This document shows positions 1 to 6,801 of a DNA stretch of 40,290 nt, in pieces. The position numbers and the translations under genes are program-made. Source of the stretch: Chloroflexota bacterium (GTDB lineage Bacteria; Chloroflexota; UBA6077; FW602-bin22; CADDYW01). Positions within the stretch are counted from its first letter, which is position 1; every line of letters starts with the position of its first letter. The notes beneath the pieces were generated by a model. It was not told the DNA's origin. It saw nothing but the letters and a program-made list of their open reading frames with translations, and did not search any database. Location of the stretch: the NCBI GenBank assembly GCA_050695695.1, contig JBOGTX010000987.1, positions 1 to 40,290 on the forward strand, given 5' to 3'.

Positions 1-720
1 CTCCCAGAGATGGCCGAGCAGGCCGAAGCCGGTCACGTCGGTCGCGGCGTTGGGATGGACCAGCGCCATCGCTTCGCCAGCTGACTTGTTCAGGGTCGCC
101 ATCAGCGCGGTGATCCGCGCGATCAGCTCCGGCGAGGCCAGTCCACGCTTGATCGCGGTGGTGATGATCCCGCTGCCCAGCGGCTTGGTCAAAAACAGAT
201 GGTCGCCCGGCTTCGCCCCGACGTTGCGCACCACCCGGTCCGGCCGCACCGTGCCGACGACCGCGAGACCGTACTTCGGCTCGGGGTCGTCGATCGTGTG
301 GCCGCCGATAATACAGATGCCCGCCTCGTCGGTCTTCTCGCAGCCGCCGGCTAGAATCTGGCTTAGCACGTCCAGCGGAATCTGGTCCCTCGGAAAACCG
401 ACGACGTTCATCGCGAAGAGTGGACGCCCGCCCATCGCGTAGACGTCGCTGAGCGCGTTGGCGGCGGCGATCTGGCCGAAGGCGTACGGATCATCCACGA
501 TCGGCGTGAAGAAGTCGACCGTCGCGACCAGCGCCGTCTCGTCGTTCAGCTGATAGACGCCTGCGTCGTCGGAAAACTTCGTTCCGACGAGGACGTTGGG
601 ATCGGTCACCACGGGTAGGTGGCGCAGCACCTGCGCCAGGTCGGCCGGGCCGAGCTTACACGCTCAGCCGGCCCCGTGGCTGAAGCCGGTCAGTCGAATC
701 AACGGCTCTTCACCGGGCAT
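1..720 (-). CDS. selD: Selenophosphate synthetase SelD, selenocysteine-containing. The 5' end is complete and the 3' end is cut by the window edge.
   Basis: Minus-strand reading from ATG 720..718 (SD GAGGAG at 734..729, 8 nt spacer) gives MPGEEPLIRLTGFSHGAG-[TGA]-ACKLGPADLAQVLRHLPVVTDPNVLVGTKFSDDAGVYQLNDETALVATVDFFTPIVDDPYAFGQIAAANALSDVYAMGG...DVTGFGLLGHLWE. This is collinear with SelD (E. coli ...YSHGAGCGCKISPKVL...). The frame stays open on both sides of the single TGA as far as position 1. Confidence 0.9.
620..638 (-). promoter_or_regulatory. Candidate bacterial SECIS hairpin
   Basis: The mRNA reads UGGCGCAG-GUG-CUGCGCCA, an 8-bp perfect stem with a G-containing apical loop. It starts 25 nt after the UGA. 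Confidence 0.45.
664..666 (-). other. In-frame UGA decoded as selenocysteine in selD
   Basis: The TGA sits where SelD proteins carry the catalytic Cys/Sec in the N-terminal Gly-rich loop (SHGAG-U-ACK). Conserved SelD sequence continues in the same frame after it. Confidence 0.8.
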
Positions 721-732
721 CGTCAGGTCTCC

Positions 733-3700
733 TCACGTTCCCGCGCCCATCAAAAAAGGCCGCGCTCGCGGCCAATCCCGCGTGTGAATGTCCGGCGACG
801 GTATCCAGCACGCTCCCTTAAGTGTACCGGCTCCGGCCCCGGCTGTCAAACCAAATCTGCCGGACGAGGGCCCCCGGCCCTGCCCTAACTTCGTGACCTT
901 GAGATGCGTCAGAATGATGCGGTCGCCCGCCGGCTCGCCGTCCTTCGACACGGCGAGGCGCTGGCCGTTGCTCGGGTTGTACATGCCGACTTCGACGGCA
1001 TAGTCGCCCGCGGGGAGCGTCGCGGGAAGTGTCAGGGAGTAAGGATCGAGGATCGTGTCGTCGGGGAACCACGACGACGTTGGTCGCTGGCCGGCCCTCG
1101 GTTGCTGGTCGCGCTGGGCGACGACCTTCTCCCGGGAGTCGAGGACGTGGACGAACACGGTGTAGTCGCCGTCGAGCGGCGCGAGATCGCGCCAGTGCAA
1201 GGTAAGGTCGACCGACGCGCCCGGACGGACGTCGGTCGACGCGAGATCGAAGCCGGTGAGGGCGATCCGGTTGGCAAGCTGATCGGCGAGCGGGTGCTGA
1301 GGGGGAGCGGCGGCGACCGGCGTGGCGCCCGGCTGGACGGCGATCGAGCCGACGACGACCGCACCCACGCTCGAAGGAGATGACCCGCCGACCGGCGCGA
1401 CCGCGACTCGGTACTGCCCGGCGGCGAGCCGGACGTCGATTGGCAGAAGGTATTGCTCGCGCAGGACGTCGCCGGCCTGCCACCGCGCCGGCGGATACGA
1501 CTCGGTCGCGAGGGGTAGATCGCGCTGCTCGGCGACGCCACCGGTCGCGTTGAGCAGCTCCAGGCGAAGCCGGGTTGGCGCGGGCGCGGTGGTCATCGCC
1601 TGCCAGAAGAGCGTCAGGTAGCCGGACTCGCCGGCCCTGGCCCGGTCGCTGCCGGCCGCGCCAAGCAGGGTCACGCCGTCGAGAAACCTGGCGGACATCG
1701 GGTGGTAGCCGGCAATTCCGCCGGTCCAGAGGGCCCGAGACGGCTGGGTCAGGTGAACCGTGGCTAACCGGACGCCGCCCGGCGTGACCGTCGCGCCCTG
1801 GCCGGTCGCCACCAGCGATCCCGGATGGTCGGCGCTGTACACGTTGAGGACGAGCGCGTAGTCGCCGGGCGGTGTGCCGGTTGGGATCATCAGGCCGTGG
1901 TGGTCGTCCAGGGCCTGGTTTATTGGCCACTGGTTATCCGCGACGTAGCCGTTGCCGATGCCCTGGTCGGTCTGCGCCCAGGTGAAGCCCGATCCGTCGA
2001 CCAGACGGAGGGCGACGCGCAGGTGAGGCTCGGCGGTCGGGAGCCGGCGCCAGCGCAGGTCGACCGAAACCGTAGCGCCGGCCCGCGGCGCCGCGTTTTG
2101 CCACCGGTAGCCCTCGAGGACGACCGATTGGCCGAACGTCAGATTCGTGGCGTGGCTCGCGAGCGACGCGTCGGGGGCAAAGCCGTAATATTGCAGGCGC
2201 GCGTTCGCCGCGTAGACGTCGAGCGAGAGGTAGCCGTTGGCGGCGAGTGCCCGGCCGATGACGTCGGTTGGATCGTAGAGGGGCGAGGCGTACCAGAACA
2301 CCCAGGCGCCCCGGTGGTCTCGGGCGGCAGCCGCGATCTCACGGTCGGTCGCGCCTGGCTCGAGCGGCGTGGTCGACGGCAGCACGTACAGCGGCAACGG
2401 CTCCTTCGCATAGTACTGGTAAAGGTACGCCTGCGACGGACCGTCGAGGATGACCGCGTCGCCCGGGGCGGCCAGCAGGTCCACCGTCCGGACGTGGGTG
2501 TCGTAGGCGCTCTTGAGGTATTCGCCGATCCAGACGTTGTGCAGCGCGACGTAGGCCACGCCCAGCGCCCCGGCCAGGCCGGCCGAGGCGATCAGGATTC
2601 CGAGCGCCGACACCGCGAGTCGGAGGCGCGGCAGCTTCGCGCCGATTGTCGTTCCCAAGGCGCCAACGCCCACGATGCCGCGCGCCATCAACAGGATGAA
2701 TGGCAGTGAGCAAACGATCAAGTATCGCTCGTTGTAGAGCGGGCGGACCAGCGAGATCAGATAGCCACCGACGAATGGCGTCAGGAGCCAGAACACGAGC
2801 ACGACGCGCAGGAAGCGGTCGTCCGACGAGCGCGCCGGGACGAGAACGCCGACGAAGGCGATGGCGGTGAGCAGCGTCGCGTAGGACACGGCGTCGGTCC
2901 AGGGCAGCGACCAGCCGGCGGTGACCCGCGCCCAGGAGCTGATCGCGACCTGCACCAGGTCCTCGGACCCGGGCGGGCCGCCATAGTAGCTGGTGAAGAC
3001 GCGGAGCGCGACGTAGACCCACGGCAGGTAAAGGACGGCGGCGAGCGCGGCGCCGCGCAGCCAGCGCAGGAGGGCCGGTCGGTGGCCGCGAGCCTGGGTC
3101 AGCACCGCCAGGCCGTGCGCGAGCGGAACGAACAACCCGTAGTAGTGGCTGCCGGCCGCGCCGACCACCGCGAGTGCGTAGAACGGAATCGCGCCACGCC
3201 GGCCGCGCCAAACCCGCAGCAGCGCCAGGGTGGAAAGCCCGGCGAAGAAGCTCACCTGGGCGTACATCCGCGCTTCCTGGGAGTACCAGACCTGAAAGGG
3301 ATTCAGGGCGACGAGCAGGCCCGCGACGATGGCAGCTACGAGGCCAGACGTCGTCGCTACGCGGCTGGCGAGGAACCTCTCCCCCCGCCCTCCCCGGCGC
3401 GGGGAGGGAGTCAGAGTCCCATCTCCCCGCTCGGCCGATTCTGCGCCGTTCTCCGCCGCGGCGCGCGCCAGCGCCGCGGCCACCGCGACACTGGCGATGC
3501 CGCAGAACGCCGACGGCAGACGCGCGACAAACTCGCTCGACCCGAAGGCCCGAAGCCAGACGACCAGGAGGAACGGATAGAGCGGCGGGTGCGGCTCGGA
3601 CGTCGCCAGGATGCCCAGCAGCTTCGACGGCGGACCAAGCGACGTCATGACGCTGAACGCCTCGTCGCCCCAGAGGTTGGTATTGCCCAGCCCGAGAATC

Positions 3701-3867
3701 CGAACGCCGGTGGCCAGGAGAAGCACCGGCACCAGCGTGCCGAGGAGGACGACCGGAAACTGACGGCGCGCCGCCTTCAACGGGCTGATCCGTCGCGCCG
3801 GGCCCGCGTGAAGCGTGCCGCGGCCTGGGCAGCGAGAGACCGGCACCGCGACGAGCGTTTGGACCAC
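733..3867 (-). CDS. PMT_2/ArnT-like GT-C membrane glycosyltransferase (family 39/83 type) with three C-terminal repeats
   Basis: This is a 1044-codon ORF. The N-terminal ~460 aa are multi-pass membrane, with the acidic first loop LWGDEAFSVM typical of this family. The C-terminal half carries three ~110-aa repeats. The start is uncertain: GTG 3867 lies inside a palindrome, and TTG 3780 (MKAARRQFPVVLLGTLV...) is a plausible alternative. The last ~50 codons (891..736) have atypical codon usage. Confidence 0.8.
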   Translation of the reverse strand: MVQTLVAVPVSRCPGRGTLHAGPARRISPLKAARRQFPVVLLGTLVPVLLLATGVRILGLGNTNLWGDEAFSVMTSLGPPSKLLGILATSEPHPPLYPFLLVVWLRAFGSSEFVARLPSAFCGIASVAVAAALARAAAENGAESAERGDGTLTPSPRRGGRGERFLASRVATTSGLVAAIVAGLLVALNPFQVWYSQEARMYAQVSFFAGLSTLALLRVWRGRRGAIPFYALAVVGAAGSHYYGLFVPLAHGLAVLTQARGHRPALLRWLRGAALAAVLYLPWVYVALRVFTSYYGGPPGSEDLVQVAISSWARVTAGWSLPWTDAVSYATLLTAIAFVGVLVPARSSDDRFLRVVLVFWLLTPFVGGYLISLVRPLYNERYLIVCSLPFILLMARGIVGVGALGTTIGAKLPRLRLAVSALGILIASAGLAGALGVAYVALHNVWIGEYLKSAYDTHVRTVDLLAAPGDAVILDGPSQAYLYQYYAKEPLPLYVLPSTTPLEPGATDREIAAAARDHRGAWVFWYASPLYDPTDVIGRALAANGYLSLDVYAANARLQYYGFAPDASLASHATNLTFGQSVVLEGYRWQNAAPRAGATVSVDLRWRRLPTAEPHLRVALRLVDGSGFTWAQTDQGIGNGYVADNQWPINQALDDHHGLMIPTGTPPGDYALVLNVYSADHPGSLVATGQGATVTPGGVRLATVHLTQPSRALWTGGIAGYHPMSARFLDGVTLLGAAGSDRARAGESGYLTLFWQAMTTAPAPTRLRLELLNATGGVAEQRDLPLATESYPPARWQAGDVLREQYLLPIDVRLAAGQYRVAVAPVGGSSPSSVGAVVVGSIAVQPGATPVAAAPPQHPLADQLANRIALTGFDLASTDVRPGASVDLTLHWRDLAPLDGDYTVFVHVLDSREKVVAQRDQQPRAGQRPTSSWFPDDTILDPYSLTLPATLPAGDYAVEVGMYNPSNGQRLAVSKDGEPAGDRIILTHLKVTKLGQGRGPSSGRFGLTAGAGAGTLKGACWIPSPDIHTRDWPRARPFLMGAGT
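752..773 (-). terminator. Intrinsic-terminator-like hairpin plus U6 in the selD leader, inside the 3' tail of the glycosyltransferase ORF
   Basis: The minus strand reads GGCCGCG-AG-CGCGGCC followed directly by TTTTTT. Confidence 0.5.
821..849 (-). promoter_or_regulatory. Sigma70-like promoter facing selD
   Basis: Minus strand: TTGACA (849..844), a 17-nt spacer, then TACACT (826..821). Confidence 0.45.
3372..3432. repeat. GC-rich palindromic element embedded in frame in the glycosyltransferase gene
   Basis: The element contains a 9-bp stem with a 3-nt loop, CCCTCCCCG-GCG-CGGGGAGGG (3388..3408). It is translated as ...ERGDGTLTPSPRRGGRGERF... between membrane helices. It shares GGAACCT and CGGCGCGGGGAG with 37581..37600. 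Confidence 0.55.
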
Positions 3868-3990
3868 GAAAGCCGCGAAACGACGCGAAAAGCCACGAAA
3901 AGCTCAGAGGGAGCCGCCTTCGGCTTTCGCGTTCTTCGTGACCTTGCGCGCGCTTCGTGGTCCAGACGCCCCCCCTTCGCGTTCTTCGCG
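3861..3990. repeat. Phased heptamer repeats forming a long imperfect palindrome in the divergent intergenic region
   Basis: CRCGAAA starts at 3865, 3874, 3884 and 3894. Inverted YTTCGYG starts at 3925, 3934, 3953, 3975 and 3984. The outer arms GGACCACGAA (3861..3870) and TTCGTGGTCC (3954..3963) are perfectly complementary. TTCGCGTTCTTCG occurs twice (3926..3938 and 3976..3988). Confidence 0.6.
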
Positions 3991-4045
3991 GGATCGTATG
4001 TCCTCGGTGCCGCGGCGGCAGCCAGGCCCGAGATGATTGTACGCG

Positions 4046-4074
4046 TTGACACCGCCACCGGACAACTCTAGCAT
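4046..4074 (+). promoter_or_regulatory. Sigma70-like promoter for the secreted-protein gene
   Basis: TTGACA (4046..4051), a 17-nt spacer, then TAGCAT (4069..4074). Confidence 0.45.
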
Positions 4075-4113
4075 CTGGGCAGGGTCTAGCGCGGAATCGT
4101 CGGGGAGCAGCCC

Positions 4114-4168
4114 ACCTGGGAGCGCGGGCGTCTCGTCCGCCCGTGCCGCGGCGCCCGCGCTCCCAGGT
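4114..4168 (+). promoter_or_regulatory. Very stable leader hairpin, possibly an attenuator
   Basis: CCTGGGAGCGCGGGCG (4115..4130) is the perfect reverse complement of CGCCCGCGCTCCCAGG (4152..4167). A114/T168 adds one more pair. The loop is 21 nt, and TTGCTTGCC follows the stem. Confidence 0.6.
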
Positions 4169-4231
4169 TGCTTGCCGACCCACGATGTCGCGTCAGATCC
4201 ATCTGGTCCGGATCGAAGGACACGAGTGAGC

Positions 4232-4996
4232 ATGCTGGCAGGTATTTTGACCTGGAAGAGGGCGAAATCCGTCGGCAATTGTCCGGTCGCTCGATGCCGA
4301 GCGATCGCCCCGCTCCGACTCGGTCTTCTCGCGTTCCTGCTGATCGTTCTCGCGCCAGGAGCCGCGCTGGCCGAGGGCACGGTGACGGTATCGCCCTCGT
4401 CGGTGCTGCCCGGTCAGTCGGTGACGGTGCGCGGAGCCGGCTGGGCGCCAAACGACCAGATCCTGGTCAGCTTCACCGATCCCAATGGCAACGTCCTGCC
4501 GCTCGGGGTGATCCTGGCCGATGCCAGGGGGGACTTTCAGAAGACGATCACGGTGCCCGATACGGTTCCGCCCGGTATCTACGCGATCGACGGCAACGGC
4601 CAGGGCGGATCGGTGACGGTGAAAGTCACCATCGTGGCGCCGACGGCAACGCCCCCGCCGCCAACCCCGACGCTCGGCCCGCCAATCGGCCCCCGGTCGC
4701 CGACCGCGACGCGCCGACCGGATCAGGCGACCGATACCCCGACCGCGCTTCCGACCGAGACGCCAACGCCGTCGCCGACCGCGACGCCTACCCGGACCCC
4801 GACGCCAACCGATACGCCGACGCCGACGGCGACCGATACCGCGACTCCGACCGCGACCCCTACCCCCACGAACACGCCAACCCTGCCCCAGCGCGTGGTC
4901 GAAGCCGGCCAGGGGGCCGGTCCGACCCTGCTCTTGCTTCTCCTGGTCCCGATCGCCGTGGCGGGTGGCTACTTTGCCGGGCGACGGCGAGGGTAG
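4232..4996 (+). CDS. Secreted or cell-surface protein: signal peptide, Ig-like domain, Thr/Pro-rich linker, C-terminal TM helix and basic tail
   Basis: ATG 4232 follows GAAGGA. The N-terminus ...[22 protein letters not shown] is signal-peptide-like. The linker is a [23 protein letters not shown] low-complexity tract. The C-terminus is ...[25 protein letters not shown]. Confidence 0.7.
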   Translation: MLAGILTWKRAKSVGNCPVARCRAIAPLRLGLLAFLLIVLAPGAALAEGTVTVSPSSVLPGQSVTVRGAGWAPNDQILVSFTDPNGNVLPLGVILADARGDFQKTITVPDTVPPGIYAIDGNGQGGSVTVKVTIVAPTATPPPPTPTLGPPIGPRSPTATRRPDQATDTPTALPTETPTPSPTATPTRTPTPTDTPTPTATDTATPTATPTPTNTPTLPQRVVEAGQGAGPTLLLLLLVPIAVAGGYFAGRRRG

Positions 4997-5076
4997 CCGC
5001 GCCGCGCGGTCACCCGGAGGCAACCGCCTGAACGTCGACGTCGCGGGCCGATCGCGACAGGTCAAGCGCTCCGCTG

Positions 5077-5085
5077 TGCTATGAT
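5077..5085 (+). promoter_or_regulatory. Extended -10 promoter element (TGcTATGAT)
   Basis: This AT-rich island in GC-rich DNA lies ~45 nt upstream of the molybdoenzyme start. Confidence 0.4.
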
Positions 5086-5129
5086 ATTTATGTCGGCGTG
5101 TTCGGGTTTGCTCGTGTTTGGGGGTTGCC

Positions 5130-6788
5130 ATGCGGATGCGACGGACGATCCGAGCCGGGGCCTGGGCGGGAGCGGTTGGCGCGTTGGTGATGATCCTGAG
5201 TCAGGCGATCGCGCGCCTTGGCGCGGGCGTCCCGATGTTTCCGGACCTGCTCGAAGACGCATTTACCCGAGACATTCCCGCGGTCATCTTTTCCGGCGTC
5301 CTCGATACCTTGAAGTTCCAGGCGAAGCCGCTGCTTTTCGTCGGCATTCTGGTCCTGCAGGTCGTCGTCGGCGCGGCCATCGGGATCGTCTACGCGCTGC
5401 TGACCGGATCCGAGCGACCGGGCGCCCGCCGGCCCTGGCCGGGCTGGAGCCACGCCTTTCGCTGCGCCCTGGTCACCTGGCTGATCGTCGACGTGGTGGT
5501 CTTGCCGCTGGCCGGCGACGGCTTCTTCGGTGGCGCGACGTCGGTCGGGGCGATCGCGCTCAACGTCGCGTTGCTGATCGTTTTCTTCCTCTTCGGGCTG
5601 TCGCTCGCCGGGACCTATCGCGTCTCGATCGCGCGCCTGCCAGAGGAGGCGGCCGAAGGGGCGGCGCCAAGCCCGGAGCGCCGACGGCTCCTCGGCGGGT
5701 TCGCGGTGGGCGCGATCGCGGTGCTGGCGGCGGGAGCAACCTATCGCGTCGTCACCGCGGAGAGCGGCGCGACGCTGACGGTCGTTCCGACGCCAATCGC
5801 CGGGAGCGGATCGGGCGCGCCAACCCCCGCCAGCGCGCCCAGCCCGGCCGCCGCGACGCCGGTTGCTCCGCCGGTCGCGGGCGTCGAGCCGGGCTGGCAG
5901 GTTCCTGGTTTGCCACCCGAGGTGACCCCAACCAAGGACTTCTACGTCGTCTCGAAGAATTTCTTCTCGGATCCGGTGCTGGATCCGGCGCGCTGGACGC
6001 TCGAGATCGTGGGCCTGGTCAAGAAGCCCTATACCATGACCTATAACCAGCTCCTAAAGCTGCCGTTCCAGGATCGCTACCAGACGCTGGAGTGCATCAG
6101 CAATGAGATCGGCGGCGACCTGATCAGCAACGGAAGCTGGCGCGGGGTATCGCTCCACGACCTGATCGCGGCGGCCGGGCCCGATCCGAAGACGGTCAAG
6201 GTCGCCTTTACCGCCGCCGATGGCTACACCGATTCGGTTCCCTTCGAGCGCGCGATGAGTCCGGCGAACCTGCTCGCCTACCTGATGAACGGCGTGCCGC
6301 TGGAGCCGGGGCACGGCGCGCCGGCCCGCCTGCTGGTGCCGGGCATTTTCGGTATGAAGAACGTGAAGTGGCTGACCAGGATCGAGCTGCTCGGCAACGA
6401 TTTCTCGGGATACTGGGAACAGCGTGGCTGGAGTGACCAGGCGGTCGTGCAGACGATGTCGGAGTTCAACAGCGCGTCCACCGAGCATTCCTCGGTGCCG
6501 GCGGGAAAGCTCGAGCTGGCCGGTGTGGCCTTCGCCGGGGACCGGGGGATCAGCAAGGTCGAGGTCAGCGTCGACAATGGCAAGACCTGGCAGGCCGCCA
6601 CCCTCAAGGACCCGCTCGGGCCGTACACCTGGCGGCTCTGGCGGCTCGACTGGAACGCGACGCCCGGGCAGTATACCGTGATCGTGCGCGCCACCGATGG
6701 CGCCGGTCAGGTTCAAACGTCGAAGGCGACGGATACCCTGCCCAATGGCGCGACTGGCTGGGACTCGCGGGCGCTGACCGTCAAGTAA
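5130..6788 (+). CDS. Membrane-anchored sulfite-oxidase-family (SUOX/YedY-like) molybdopterin oxidoreductase
   Basis: The N-terminal ~190 aa are multi-TM. They are followed by an RRRLLGGFAVGAIAVLAAGA segment. The SUOX catalytic domain follows (DFYVVSKNF...YQTLECISNEIGG...LLVPGIFGMKNVKWLTRIEL) and then a C-terminal Moco-dimerisation/Ig-like domain. The start could be TTG 5118, ATG 5130 or ATG 5136. Confidence 0.8.
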   Translation: MRMRRTIRAGAWAGAVGALVMILSQAIARLGAGVPMFPDLLEDAFTRDIPAVIFSGVLDTLKFQAKPLLFVGILVLQVVVGAAIGIVYALLTGSERPGARRPWPGWSHAFRCALVTWLIVDVVVLPLAGDGFFGGATSVGAIALNVALLIVFFLFGLSLAGTYRVSIARLPEEAAEGAAPSPERRRLLGGFAVGAIAVLAAGATYRVVTAESGATLTVVPTPIAGSGSGAPTPASAPSPAAATPVAPPVAGVEPGWQVPGLPPEVTPTKDFYVVSKNFFSDPVLDPARWTLEIVGLVKKPYTMTYNQLLKLPFQDRYQTLECISNEIGGDLISNGSWRGVSLHDLIAAAGPDPKTVKVAFTAADGYTDSVPFERAMSPANLLAYLMNGVPLEPGHGAPARLLVPGIFGMKNVKWLTRIELLGNDFSGYWEQRGWSDQAVVQTMSEFNSASTEHSSVPAGKLELAGVAFAGDRGISKVEVSVDNGKTWQAATLKDPLGPYTWRLWRLDWNATPGQYTVIVRATDGAGQVQTSKATDTLPNGATGWDSRALTVK

Positions 6789-6801
6789 TCAGGAGGAAAA
6801 C

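Noticed and set aside
50-442. A 130-aa plus-strand ORF lies at the left edge.
   Set aside because: It lies antisense to the strongly supported selD reading frame.
818-4183. Several long alternative-frame ORFs overlap the glycosyltransferase gene: 818..1930(-), 1825..2709(+), 2339..4183(-) and 3082..4071(+).
   Set aside because: All are extremely Arg/Pro/Gly-rich with no motifs. They overlap a well-supported membrane glycosyltransferase frame.
4037-4231. The secreted-protein ORF has a longer N-terminal extension starting at 4037.
   Set aside because: It would begin inside the predicted promoter and run through the 16-bp leader hairpin. The translation there is Ser/Pro/Gly-rich junk. ATG 4232 gives a normal signal peptide.
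4880-4996. The surface protein might carry an LPXTG sortase signal (TLPQRV...).
   Set aside because: The sequence is LPQRV, not LPXTG. Only the generic tripartite layout is present, so I report it as a question rather than as a sortase substrate.
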